The position numbers were made by a program, and so were the translations under genes. Positions 15,177 through 27,707 of a DNA stretch of 64,000 nucleotides are shown here, in pieces; within the stretch, counting starts at the first letter, position 1, and each line of letters starts with the position of its first letter. The notes beneath the pieces are model-generated. The model was not told the DNA's origin and made no database searches. It saw only the letters and a program-made list of their open reading frames with translations. This DNA is from Scenedesmus sp. PABB004. Lineage: Eukaryota. The stretch is from NCBI GenBank assembly GCA_014905635.1, contig JABVCE010000019.1:496001-560000 (forward strand), read 5' to 3'.

Positions 15177-17818
15177 TCACGCGCCGCCGCCGGCGGGCGC
15201 CGCCGCGCCGCGGCCGCGTCCCCCGCCACCCGACGCGTCGCGCGCCGCCGCCTCCGCCTCCTCCTGCGCGAGCGCCTCGGCGACGCGCGCCCCGGTGCGC
15301 AGGTCGGTCATGAAGGCATAGTCCTGCAAGCAGAGGGGGCGGGCAAGGGTTTAGGGAGAGAGAGACGGTCAGGGTTTTGAGGTTCTCCTGAAGCACCATT
15401 CATTCGTGAGTGAGCGGGGAGTGAGACCGCCGCCGGCCCCCGGGGCCGCGCGGCGCGGCGGCGCCGCGGCGCCCAACAGCGCACCTGCTGCAGCTGCGCC
15501 TCGCTGAGAAAGTCGCCGGCGCGGTCCGGCGTGAGCAGCAGCTCGACCGCGAGCAGCTGCCCCGCGCCCAGCCGGCCGCAGAGCTGCGCGTTCAAGGGGC
15601 GGTCGGTGGCGGGCGAGTGCGGTCGGGCGGCGCGGCGGCTGCGCTGCGGGCGGCTGCGCGTGCCGACGGCTGGCCCGCCAAGCGCAGACCGCCCCCGCGC
15701 TGGCCGGCGCCCCCCCAGCCCGACACGACCACCCGCCCCCACGTGTGTGCGCGCGCACCTGCTTCAGCGCCGCGCGGAGGCTGCCCGCGTCGCGCGTCGC
15801 GCCGGGCGCCACGTCGACGCGGCCGCGCGCGAGCAGCACGAGGCTCACCACCAGGCAGGGCGTCGCCTCCTCGACGTCCTGCGTCTCCGCAGCTGCGTGC
15901 GTGGCGCAGGGCGCAGAACGCGGGGTGAAGGGCGGCAGTGGGCCCGCGCACGGCGGCCAGCGTTGACTCGCTGCCCAGCGAGCCGCTGCAAGCGGCTTCT
16001 GGGCGGAGACTGGCCACCAAGCCGCTGCAGCGGTTTGCTGGGCGGTGAGAGTTGAGGGGCCCCACGGCCTCGCCCTCAACCCCAAACCCCAAGCCCCACG
16101 GCCTCGCCCTCAACCCCAAACCCCAAGCCCCACGGCCTCGCCCTCAACCCCAAACCCCAAACCAGCGCGTCAAGTCACCGCCCAGCGGGCCGCTGCGGCG
16201 GCAGCGCCCGAAAAGATGGGCGCTCGCGCTGCAGCGGCTCGCTGGGCGGTGAGTTGACGGGCCCCCGAGGCCTCAACCCCACCCTAAACCCAACCTCAAA
16301 CCCTGCCGCCAGCTCACCACCCATGAGTCGCTGCAGCGGCGTGCGGTGGGCCGGCCCGGGCGGCCGCGCGGCGCCGCCGCGCACGCCGCCGGCCTCCTCC
16401 GCCGCCGCGGCGGCCGCCTCGGCCGCGGCGTGGCGCTTGAACAGGGCATACCCCGCCTGCGCGCGCGGCGCGCCGCGCCGCGCCGCGCTGTGCTCGGCGG
16501 CGGCGCCCGGCCGCGCGCACGCCAGGCCCAGCGGCAGGGCGGGCCTGCTGCGCTGAGCGCCTGCGCGTGCGCACACGCGCGCGGGCCCCGGCGGCGCCCC
16601 CGCGCCGCGCGCCTGCGTCGTCGGCAGGGCCTCCAGCGCCAGGTCAGCGTACGCGAGCTCGCTCCCGCGCGGCGCGGCGCACAGCGCGGCGATCGCCTCT
16701 GCGCGGCCGCAGGCGGCGGCGGCGGCGGCGCGGCGGGGCGGGGCGCGGCGGCGGCGGGGGTGGGGCGGCGTGGCTCAGCCCGCCGCGCCGCGCCGGGCGG
16801 CGGCGGCGCGCCAGGCCCGCAAGCCCTTGCGCCCTGGTGGCCCCTCCACTCCGGCCCGCCCGCGCGCTCGACACTCCCCCCCCCCCCCCCCCACCTTGCC
16901 CCCGCGCCCCGCCCCCGGCGCGCCCACCCACCCTCTGTGGCGTAGAACATGCCATGCTCCACCGCCATCATGCCTCGGAGGAAGTGCAGCCGCTCCTGCA
17001 AGTTATAACGAGTTATGACGGGCATTTGAAAGTGAGGTGAGTGCCCAAAGCGACCGCAAAGCCCGAGACACCCGCGCGGCCGCTAGCGCAGCCGGGCGTG
17101 GCGCGGCGCGTGAGTGCACAGCCCCGGACCTGCAGCGCGCCGTCCGCCACGCGCAGGCCGGCGTGGAGGCGCAGGACCGTGACGGGCGTGCCGCCTGGCC
17201 GGGGCGGGGGGCGCGCGCGCGAGCGTGGGCGGCCGCGGCGGTGGGCGGCCGCTGCGCCGCCGCCGCCGCCGTTTTGCAGCCGCGCGCGCAACTCACTGTC
17301 CTTGCTCCAGCGCAGCAGCGCCAGCACCGCCCACAAGCCGGCGACGTTGAGCGCGCCGACGCCCAGCACCTGCAGCAGCCAGTGCGCGCGCGGCTCCGGC
17401 GCCGCCGCGAGCGCGCCGAGCTCACGCCGGCTGGGACCGGGGGCCTCCGCCGCCAGCAGCGGCGGCGCGCGAGGCAGCGCCGCGGCGGCGCCGCGACGCG
17501 GCGCCTGCGTTGTCTGCTCCGCCGCCGGCGGCGGCGCCGCGCCCTGCAGCGGCAGCGCCCAGGCCGGAACCGGGGACGCCGCTGCTGACAGTAGCGCGGC
17601 AACGGCGCCCTGCGCAGCGGTGGGGGGCCCTGCGTGAGCCCGCGGCGCAACCGCTGCCGCGCTGCTGCTGCCGCTGCTGCGCCGCCGCGCACCAGCAGCG
17701 CCGCGTGCCCCGGGGCCGGGGGCATGCTGCGATCGGGTCGTCGCAGCGCCGACGCCGTCGCAGCGGGCCGCCGGGGCAGCGGGCGCGCCCCAGCGGGGGG
17801 GTGCAGGTGTCGGAGCAT
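15177..17818 (-). CDS. DUF1517 family (FLAP1-like) protein with transit peptide and a transmembrane segment
   Basis: TM segment WLLQVLGVGALNVAGLWAVLALL; VTVLRLHAGLRVADGALQ|ERL; CLVVSLVLLARG; LRAALKQL; LLAVELLLTPDRAGDFLSEAQLQQDYAFM matches the recalled DUF1517 C-terminus. Confidence 0.75.
16059..16160. repeat. 3 x 34-bp tandem repeat GCCCCACGGCCTCGCCCTCAACCCCAAACCCCAA (intronic)
   Basis: Units start at 16059, 16093 and 16127. Confidence 0.95.
16168..16259. repeat. Long inverted repeat: 33-bp arms with 3 mismatches plus a 7-bp inner stem
   Basis: 16168-16200 CGTCAAGTCACCGCCCAGCGGGCCGCTGCGGCG is nearly the reverse complement of 16227-16259; inner AGCGCCC/GGGCGCT closes the loop GAAAAGAT. Confidence 0.9.
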
Positions 17819-18108
17819 CGCTGCTGTCGCGAGACGCGGTTGCGGGCTGCGTGTGTGTCGCGACGCCGTTGGGGCGGGCGTCGTCTGTCGCGACAGCCCG
17901 TTGGAGGGCGGCGCGGCGTCGGCAGGCGATCGTGCGGGGTTGAGCTGCGCCGCCGCGCGCCGCGGGTCGCGCGTCACGCGTGGTTGCCGGCGGCAAAGCC
18001 AAGAGATACCTCGCGCCGCCGCCGCCGCTCGCTGGAGGGCCCCCGCGCCGCTTATTCTCGCTCGCGCACTCTCGCTGCCCCGAGGACCCAGGCGCGGCCG
18101 GTGGGCTC

Positions 18109-18115
18109 TCACCAC

Positions 18116-18146
<31 letters not shown>

Positions 18147-20130
18147 GCGCGTCCGCGTCCGCGGCCGCGGCCGCGCGCAGCGCCTCGCAGCGCAGCGCCG
18201 CGTCGGCGGCGTACGCGCCGAGCGCGGCGCGCGTCGCGGTCGAGCCCGCGTGGTTCTCCACGCCGCGCGCGACCATGCACATGTGCGCCGCGCGCACGAC
18301 GACCATCACGCCCGCCGGCGCAAGCAGCGAGTCCACCGCGGCCGCGAGCTGCGTCGTGATGCGCTCCTGCACCTGCAGGCGGCGCGTGAACGCGCGCACG
18401 AGCTGCCGCGCCTCGCCGTCGCTCAGCGGCGCCGCGACCGCGTCGTCGTCGCCGCCGCCGCAGCCGTCGTCGCCGCCGCCGCCGCCGCGCGGCAGCAGGT
18501 AGGTGATGTGCGCTGTGCCGTGGAATGGCAGCATGTGGTGCTCGCACTGGCTCACAAAAGGCACGACGTGCTCGTGGCACGCCAGCAAACGCATCTGCTG
18601 CGCCTGCTCCGGCTCCTGCTGCTGATCCTGCTGCTGCTCCTGCTGCTGCTCCTGCTGCTCCTGCTGCTGCTGCGCCTGCTGTGCCGACTGCTGGCGCAGC
18701 CCCCGCTCCAGCTGCTCCCCGCACGCGCGCGACCGCGGCGCGGCGCAGCAGCCGCCGCCGCCGGCCGCGGCGCCGCCGCTGGCGCCGCCGCTGCGGCGCC
18801 GCGGCCGACGCGGCAGCGGCGCGTGGTAGCCAGACGTCGCCGCGAGCAGCGCCAGCACGTACCCCCGCACCGCCGCCGCGACCGGCTCGGCCGACGCGTC
18901 CACGCCGGCCTCACCCAGCAGCAGCGCCATGGCCGCCTCCATGGCCTCCGGCCCCGCGGCGGCGGCGGCCTCGCCGCCGCCGCCGGGCGCGGCGCCGGCG
19001 CCGGTGCCGAGCGACAGCGAGAGCAGCAGCGGCGCCGCGCCGTCGGCCTCGCTGCCCTGCTCGCTGCCGTCCGTGTCGTCGTGCTCGCTCGGGTCGGGCG
19101 TGGCGGGGCCGCGCGGGCTGTCCAGCCCGCCCGCGCTCGCCGAGAGCCCGCGCAGCGCCGACGGCGCGAGCGCCGCGCCCGCGCAGCCGAGGCAGCCGCG
19201 GCCGGGGGCCGCCTTCTCGCAGCGGCACGCGCCGCCGCCGCCGCCCGCGGCGCCGGCGCCGCCGTGCGGCGGCAGGCGCAGCACGTCGTCCGCGCGCAGC
19301 GGCGCGCCGAGGAGGGCGAGCACCTCGTCCAGGCTCGGCGCGCCGCGCGGCGCGGCGCCGCGCGGCGCCGCGAGGCAGCCGACCGCCGCGGCGCTGAGCC
19401 GCGGCGCCGGCGGCGCGTCGTCTGTGTAGGAGAGGTGACGCGCGCACACGACGACCGCCGCGCCAGCGGGCGCGAGCTGCGCGTTGAGCTCGGCCAGCAG
19501 CGCCGCCGCGAGGTCCTCCTGGCTCGTGAGGCGCTTCGCGCAGAGCTTGGTCAGGCGCGCGAGCTTGGAGAGGCCCAGCACCACGCCGCGCGCGGGCACG
19601 TACGCGACGTGCGCGCGGCCGTAGAAGGGCAGCAGCGTGGCGGCGCTTAGCGCCGCAAAGTCGATGTCCCGCACCAGCACCAGCCCGCCCGCGCCCGCCT
19701 CGACGTCGGGCTCGTCGAACAGCGCGCCGTTGAGCAGCCTGCGCGGCGCGGGGCGGCGGTGAGGGGTGAGCAGCAGCAGCCGAGTGATGGCCCGTCCCAC
19801 CCGCGCCGCCGCGCAATTGGCGGCTCTCACGTGCCGCCGTCCTGGCGGTAGCCCTCCGTCATCGCCAGCAGGGCCTTGGCCACGCGCTGCGGGGCAGCGG
19901 CGCGGCCGTGAGGGCCCGGGCAGCGGTGGCTGCGCGCAGCGCGCGCTGCCGGCGCCGCGCCGAGCCCCTGCCGCGCGCCGCCGCACCTTGGGCGTGTCCT
20001 TCAGGCCCTGGCGAGCCGGGTCCTCGCCCACGCCCACCAGCAGCGCCGCGACGGCGCGCTGGGCCCGGTCCATCGGCCCGTGCGTGGCTTCGTGCCGCAC
20101 TGGCGGCTGCGGCTGCGCCTGGACCGTCAT
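18109..20130 (-). CDS. GCH1: GTP cyclohydrolase I, plant/algal tandem two-domain type
   Basis: GEDPARQGLKDTPKRVA; VLGLSKLARL...AKRLTSQE; second domain SQCEHHMLPFHG, RRLQVQERIT, AHMCMVARGVE. Confidence 0.95.
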
Positions 20131-20380
20131 GGCGGCCAGACGGGTGTGGGGAGGCCGGGTGGGGCGGGCACTGGAGGTGCGCGGGTGCACGCTGCTCAGC
20201 ACGCGATGTTAGATGCCAAACCAAGCCCCGCCGCGCCCCTCGCCGCGCCAACAAATTTTCTACGCCCGATCAAACCTCAGGAGCACCGCTCCGGGCCCAG
20301 GCGCGGCCCCGCAACAACAGCGCCTAGACGGGCCAGGCCTGTGGGCCCCCGCGCCCTCCCCCGCTGCTCATGACGCTGCC

Positions 20381-23300
20381 ATGACGCGCCGGAGCGAGCA
20401 GGAGCTCGTGGGCTGCGCCTATGAGCCCCTGCCCAGGTGGGGTTGCGCGTCCATCCTGGCAGGCGCAAATGCCGCGCCGTGCGGCGTCGGGGCGCCGCCA
20501 GGACCGCCCCGGGGCGCAGCCCGCAGGCCCAGCCGCCGCCACACGTCGTGCCGGCGGCGGTGGCAGCGCGCGCGGCGCGCGCGGGGCGGGCGCGCAGCGG
20601 CAGCAGCAGATACGCCGCGCCGCCGTGCCGCCGCGCCCTCTCCCCCGGCCGCCGCTCCCCTCCGCCGCCGCCCCGGTGGCGCCCTGCCCCGGCCGCCGCT
20701 GCGCGCCCGCCGCGCCGCCTCCCACGGCGCCGCGCGCCGCCCTCGCGCCGCGTTCCCGCCGCGCCGCGCAGCCTGCCGGAGGCGCCGCCGGAGCTCGGCG
20801 GCGCGGGGCTGCCCGGTGGCGAGTCCTGCGAGTGGGTCGCGAGCGACAACCTGGATGCGCTGTTCACGCGCATCTACAGGTGGGCGTTGACCGTGTCTCG
20901 GTGGTGGTTGAGGGGCCGGGGCGTCGACTGTGGCTCGGTGGTGCTCGAGGGGGCCGGGCGGGCGCAGGCGAGGGCAGCTGGTGCAGGCGAGGGTGGCGCG
21001 GGAGAGAGCAGCGGGCGGCGAGCGGCGCGGCGGCGGCGGGCGGGCGGCGCCCGGCTCGCGCGTGCAGCGCCGCGCCGCCGCCGGCCGCGGCGCCGGGCGG
21101 CCGCCGGCGGCGCGCGGCGGCAGCGGCCGCGCCCACCCGCCCCACCAACCCACCCACGCCCGCCCAACACACCGTCCTCGCCCCTGAACCCCACCGCCCG
21201 CCCCTAAACCCCGCCCAGGTACTGGGCGGACAAGGGCCTCGCGCCGTTCCTCCTCGGCCGGCTGCTCAACCTCGCCGCGCTGGCCTTCACCATCGCGTTC
21301 AGCACATTCCTGCTGATAGGCGTCGACTGGGCCGGCCTCTCCGCGCCCTGCCTGCGCCCGCACGAGGGCGCGGCGTCGTGCGACCTGCTCGCGGCCGCGG
21401 TGCGCGCGTCGCCGTGGGCGGCCGCGGGCCGCGGCGCCGCGGCGGCGGTCGGCGCGTACGCCGCGCTGTGCGGCGCCTACTGGGCGTGGGCGGCCGCGCA
21501 GCTCGCGCTGGAGCTGCGGGACGTGCTGGAGGTGAAGCACTTTTTGAACAACAAGCTCGGCGTCAGCGATCGACAGGCGCGCGCCGCGGCGGCCGCGGCG
21601 GCGGCGGCGGGCGGGGGCGGTGCAGGGTTGACGGGCGGGCCGCGCGGGCGCGTGCGTGTGGCGCGGTCGGCGCGCCCGCCGCTGCTCCGCGCGCCGGCCG
21701 GCCCTCGGCTGCCCCCGTCTGCTCCCTCAAACCCTCTCAACCCTTAAACCCTGCGTCCGCCGCCCCCTAAACCCCCAGATCCGCATGATGACGTGGAGCG
21801 AGCTGCTGCACCGCCTCGTGCGCGTGCAGGGCAGCGTGCGGCTGTGCGCGGCGCGCGACCTGGACGAGCTGGACATCGTCGGCTGCATCATGCGCAAGGA
21901 CGTGCGTAAAACCCCGGGCGGGCGGGTTAGGGGCGGGCGTGGGTCCTGGGTTTCAGGGGCTCGGGCCGAGGGGCCGCGCCCGCGCGGCGCGTCGGGGCGG
22001 CTGCAGCCGCGCCGCTGCCCCCCACCCGTCGACCCCGCGCCCCTTCAACCCACCCCCGCGCCCGCGCACCCCTCCTCGCACCCCTGCCCCTAAACCCTGT
22101 CCTGCATCCCCCCTTAAACCCCCTAAACCCCCTTAAAACCCTCAGAACTACCTGATCGCGATGCTCAACGCCGGCGTGCTCGGCCTGCACGTGCGCGCGC
22201 CGCTCGGGGGGCGGCGCTTCCTGCTGACCAAGACGCTCGAGTGGAACCTGCGGCTCTGCGTGCTGGGCCCCATGTTTGACGAGCACGCGCACGTCCGCCC
22301 GGTGCGCCGCCGACGCCCCTGCCGCCGCGGGGCGGCTGCTTGCTGGGGCGGGGGCGCGCGCCGGCGCCTTGGCGCGCGCTGCGCCTTGGCGCGCGCTGCG
22401 CCTTGGCGCGCGCGGCCGCGCTGCTTTTTGTACATGGGCATGAAGCCCCGTGCCAAGACGCAGCGCGGCCGCGCGCGCCGAGGGGCAGCGGCGGCCGCGC
22501 GCCGCGCTGCCGCGCGCGCGCGCGCGCGGGCCGTCCTTGCTGCCTCGCTGCCGCCGCCCGCCCGCCCCTGCCTTCTCGCTCGCCCCGCGCTCCCCTGCAA
22601 ATCCACAACTCCCCCCCCCCACCCCACACCCACCACCCACCCACCCACCACGCGCCGCAACCCCCGCCGCCAGGAGTTTCTGGCCGACGAGGCGTCGCTG
22701 CGCCGCCGCCTCGCCGCCGCGGGCGCGGCCAACCTGCTGCTCTCGCCCTTCCTGCTCACCTTCCTGGTCGTGTACTTCTTCATGAAGAACGCGGAGCGCT
22801 TCTACCACAGCCCGGGCGAGTGTTATTTTGTTACTTTTTGATGTTATTGTGTCACTCTGTGCGTCATGTTGATTCCTTGCGTTTCTGCGTGTGCGGTGCA
22901 CGCCAACAAGCGTTGCGCGGAGGACGGGGGCTGACGCGCGGCCGCGGCGGCCGCCGCCGCCGTCGGCACGCGCGCGCGCAGGCTCGCTCGGCAGCCGGCG
23001 GTGGAGCAGCCTGGCCAAGTGGCGGCTGCGCGAGCTCAACGAGCTGCCACACTACGTCCAGCACAGGCGCGTGGCTCAGCGGGGGGGGGGGGCTCGAGGG
23101 CTCAAGGGGTGGCTTGGGACTTAGGGGGCGCGCGGCACTCCACGCGCGCCGCGGCCGCGCGGCCGCACGGGCGCCCCTGCCCCCTCACCAGCCGCCCCGC
23201 CCCGCCCCGCCCCGCCCCGCCCCGCCCCGCGCCTGCCCTCCCCCGCGCTCCGCCGCGCTGCCTCGCCGCGCAGGCTCGATGCGTCGCACGAGGCGGCGGC

Positions 23301-24951
23301 CAGATATGTGGCCCAGTTCCCCTCGCCCCTCGTCAGCCAGGCGCGGCGCGGCGGCGCCCGCGCGGCGCACAGGCCGTCCGCGCGCGGCGCCGCCCGCGCG
23401 CAGCATGCGCAGCACGCGCCGCCGTGCGCTTCCTTTCTTCACACGCGCGCACGCACCCCACCCACGCCTACACCCACGCCCACACGCCAACCCACACACA
23501 CTCCCACACCTCCGCGCAGGTCGCGCGCTTTGTGAGCTTTGTCGCGGGCAGCTTTGCGGCGCTGCTGCTCGGCGTGTCGCTGCTGGACGCAAACCTGCTC
23601 GAGGCACGGCGCGGCGATGGGGGGGGGGGGGGGCTGGGGCAACGCGGGGGGCAACGCGGCGCGGTGGCTGCGCTGCTGGCCCTGCACGCGCCGCGCCCAC
23701 GGCCCTGCACGCGAGCGGCGCCCGTCGCCGCCGCTCGCTGAGCCGCCGCGCGCCGCGGTGTCGCGGCGCCGCGCAGGTGCCGCTGGCGGGGCGCAACGTG
23801 GTGTGGTGGCTCGCGCTGACGGGCATCCTGCTGACCATCAGGTGCGTGTGTGCGTGTGTGGGCGCGTGTGTCTAGACGTGTGTTCGAGTGGGTGTGCGAG
23901 TGGGCGGGTGTGGGTGTGGGTGGGTGGATGAGTGGGGGCTCGCGGCTTGGAGGCTCTCGCGGCGCGCGCGGCGCACGCGTCTGCGCGGGGTGCACTACTC
24001 TGCGGCCCAGAGCCCCCCTGCTGGCCGCCGCGCCAACCCTCTTGAACCTAAGACCTAAAACCCTGCCCCCGCCCTCTCTGCCGCCGCAGCCGTGCGTTCA
24101 TCAGCGACGCGCCGGTCGCGCTGGACCCGGAGGCGGCCATGGCGGAGCTGGTGCGTGGGTGTGGGTGTGCCGGGGGCAGGGCGGGGTGGGTGTGGGTGTC
24201 GGGGTGGGGCGGGGTGGGTGTGGGTGTTGGGGCGGGGCTCGGGAGATGCTGGGAGAGGGAGGGGGAGTGGCGCGGTGGACGGCGCAACGGGCGGCTGCGG
24301 GGACTGCGCCGCGGGCGCGCGCACACCGCAACCCGCGCGGCGGCGCCCGCGGGGGTGCACGCGCGCCCGCGCCCACGCCCCACGCCCGCGCCCGCGCGCA
24401 GGTGCTGCACACGCACCACCTGCCGCGCCACTGGCGCGGCCGCGCGCACACCGCGGAGGTGCAGCAGGCCGTGTCGGCGCTGTTCACATACAAGGTGCGA
24501 GCGTGTGTGTGTGTTTGGGGGGGGGGGGCAAGTCATGGCTGCGCGCGGCGCTGTGCGAGCCACCGCTGGCCTCCCCGCGCCCGCGCCGGGCCGCCCGGCG
24601 GCGCCCCGTCGGAGCAACCCCGCGCTTTGCGCCCGACCCCGCTAAGCCCCCGCCGCCCGCTCAACCCCGCCGCCCCTAAACCCTGAACCCCGCAGGTGCT
24701 GCTGTTCCTGGAGGAGCTCGCGAGCGTCGCGCTCACGCCCTTCATCCTCGCCTACAGCCTGCCGCGCTGCGCGGGTGCGGGCGGGGTTTAGGGGCTCGGC
24801 GGGGCCAGGGCTTAGGGTTTAGGCCTGCGGGGGGACCGAGGAGGGCCGCGGGGCGCCCGGGCCGCGCAGGCAGCGGCGGCGGCGGGGCGTTCAAGCGGCC
24901 GCGCCGGGGTCGGCACCGGGCGGGCCGGGCCGAACGCACGCGCACGATCTC

Positions 24952-24982
<31 letters not shown>

Positions 24983-25745
24983 GCACACACACACACGAAC
25001 ACACACGCGCGCGCAGGCGCGATCCTGGCGTTTGTGCGCGACACGACCACGCGGCTCGACGGCGTCGGCGACGTGTGCGCGCTCGCCGCGTTTGACTTTG
25101 GCCGCCACGGCAACGCCAAGTACGGCGCGCCCGCGCACGCGGCCAAGCGCCTGCGCAGCAAGCAGGTGCGGGCCGGCAGGCGGCGCCGGCGCGCGGCGCC
25201 GGCGGCGCGCGCGGGGCTGGATCTGCGGCGGCACGCGCGCGGCGGGCGCGGCGGGCGCGGCGCCGCGCGTGAACGCATGCGACCCGCGCATTCAAAGCCT
25301 CGTTTGAAACTGAAACTGTATGTTTGAATTCAAACGCGCAGGGCAAGATGGAGAAGAGCTTCGTGACGTTCCTGACCACCTACCCGACCTGGACGCCGCC
25401 GCCCGACGGTGCCGCGCTGCTCGCCACGATCGCCGGCGGCGGGCGCAGCAGCGGCGGCGGCGGCGGCGGCGAGCCGCGCGGCGGCGCCGGCGCCGGCACC
25501 GCCGGCGGTGCGGGGCAGGGCGCCGGGATGGCGCCGGGGCTCGGCGCGGGCGGCGAGGGCTCGGTGCTGTGGCAGCAGCCGTGCGGCAGCGCCGCCGGCG
25601 GCGGCGGCAGCCCGACGCCGCGGCCGCAGCCGCTCGCGCCGCCGCACTCGCCCGGCGGCGGCTTCGGCGGCAGCAGCCTGTGGGTCGGCGTGGCGGAGCA
25701 GCCGCCGGGGCTGCGGCGCCCGGGCGCCGCCTACGAGCAGCAGCT

Positions 25746-25802
<57 letters not shown>

Positions 25803-26529
25803 GGGCCCCGGGCTGGGCGGGCTCGGCGGCAGCCCCGAGGTCGGCCTGCTGCTGCTCGACCCGGGCGGCGCCGGCGGCGCCGCGGCCGACGACCCGGCGG
25901 ACCACCTCTTTGGCCCGCTCTCGCCGCCGGCGCAGCAGCAGCCGCTGCTGGCGCAGCCGCTCGCCGGTGCCGGCGCGCGCGGCGCGCGGCTGCAGCCGCA
26001 CCAGCAGCCGCACCACCAGCAGCCGCACCACCAGCAGCAGCAGCAGCAGCACCAGCACCAGCACCACCACGCGTCGCTGCTGCTGCCGGGCGCGCTGGGC
26101 AGCCAGCTGGGGCGCTTTCCTTCCACGCTGTACCCCGGCGGCCCCAGCGCGGCGGCCGCGCTCGCGGCGCTGCAGGGCGCGACGGCGGCGGCGCGCGGCG
26201 GCGGCTACGGCGGCGGCGGCGCCGCGGCAGTGCCGCTCGCCGCGCTCGGCGCGGGGCTGCTGCTGCGCGGCGGCGGCGGCGGCGGCGGCAGCGACCTGCT
26301 GCCGGCGAACGAGAGTGAGGACCTGGCGAGCCGCGTCGCGGCGAGCCAGTCGCTGCTGCAGAGCTTCTACGAGAGCCAAGACCTCACGGTGCAGCACCGC
26401 CAGACCAACGCCGCGCACGCGCGCAGCGTGCTGCTCGGCCGCAGCGGCGGCGCGGCGGCGGCGGCCGCCGCGGCGGCGGCGATGGCCGCGTCGGCGCACG
26501 CCGCGGTCCCGCGCGGCGGCGAGTGGTGA
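20381..26529 (+). CDS. ATG9: Autophagy protein ATG9 (15 exons) with long Gly/Gln-rich C-terminal tail
   Basis: NLDALFTRIYRYWADKG; IMRKDNYLIAMLN; LTKTLEWNL; LGSRRWSSLAKWRLRELNELPH; RYVAQFPSP; HTHHLPRHWRGRAH; LFLEELASVALTPFIL; GVGDVCALAAFDFGRHGN; GKMEKSFVTF. Confidence 0.96.
25738..25800 (+). repeat. (CAG)n polyglutamine tract in the last ATG9 exon
   Basis: Directly visible. Confidence 0.9.
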
Positions 26530-26854
26530 CGCGGCGCCGGGTGGGGCGCGCGCGCGGGGCGCGCCGGGGCCGCGCAGACCGCGGCGCCGGCGCGCGCCGC
26601 CGCGCGGGGGCGGGGCCAGCAGGAGGGACGGCGCGCGGCAGCCGCCGGCCGCTGTCATCGGCCGGTGCAGGGCGCTGACTGCACTGTACGGTCAGGTTGA
26701 CCGCCGGGGCGCGCGGGATGCCGCTCGCGTGCGCGCGCGCGCGGCTGACGCCGCCGCAGCGCATGCGCTGCGCGGCTGAGCGCGGGTTCGCTGAGAGCGG
26801 GTTTGGGCAGCGGATGCCCCAGCCAGATGTAGGCAGGCGAACAGTTCCTGTTCC

Positions 26855-26891
26855 TGTAACATCAATGCAACACCAATGTAACACAATGTAA
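26855..26891 (+). terminator. Three TGTAA poly(A) signals downstream of ATG9
   Basis: TGTAA at 26855, 26877 and 26887 in an AT-richer patch; TGTAA is the established chlorophyte poly(A) signal. Confidence 0.75.
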
Positions 26892-27618
26892 CACAACAAC
26901 ATAAATGAAACAAGCATAACATTGGCGCCGACGCCCCGCTGCAGCTGCCGCAAGTGTCTGCAGAGACCCCGGCCGCCCCGGCCACCCCGGCCCAACCGCT
27001 TGGGGGAGCTCTTTCTTGCACCCAAGCACCGACCTCTTTCTTTTTTCCCCCCGCGAGCAACCCGCCATCAAGCAATCACCGGATCAAGCGCGCGCGGCCC
27101 ACGAGCTCACGGGCGGCGCCGCAGGGTTTAGGCCCCGAGGTTTGAGGGGTTTCGAGGCAACACAGCAACAGAGAGGCGTGCAACATAGTAAGGCGTGCAA
27201 TATGTTGCTGGCGCTCCGAACGCGCCTGGGGCAGCCCAGCGGTGATAGCCCGCATGTGTTGGTGTGTGGAGCACAGCATGACTGATGTCCGTCATGGGTT
27301 GGTTGATCAGTCTGACCCAGCGGCCCAGCGACCCAGCGCCAGCGAGCGAAGCAGAGAGCTGCCGTGCGACATGCGTGCGACGCGGCCGTGGGCGCCCAGC
27401 GTCAACCCTGTCCCCGTTTGCCAACGTCATCTCCCCCCCCCCCCCCCCCACACACACACACGCACACCCACGCCTCCACATCATCACCGCCCAGCCTGGC
27501 GCGGGCGCAGGCGCGCCGCCCCCCCCCCCCTCTTTCACCCCCTTGCCCCTCATCCCCCGCCCTCGCGCCCACGTCCGGGCGTGCACCTTCCTGGTCGAGG
27601 CGAGCAAGGGCCGACACG

Positions 27619-27649
<31 letters not shown>

Positions 27650-27707
27650 CGGGGCGCAGCGCCCACCGCGCGGCTGCTGCAACGTCGGCCCGCGCAGCGC
27701 GCAGGCC

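Noticed and set aside
16059..16160. 34-bp repeats as a CRISPR array
   Set aside because: No spacers and no cas genes; it lies in a eukaryotic intron.
18109..20130. First GCH1 domain lacking the Zn-binding Cys/His residues
   Set aside because: Tandem, partly degenerate domains are the established plant/algal GCH1 form.
26900..27700. Extra gene or mobile element between ATG9 and the RCC1 gene
   Set aside because: No coherent ORF or terminal repeats; consistent with convergent 3' UTRs, perhaps with a UTR intron.
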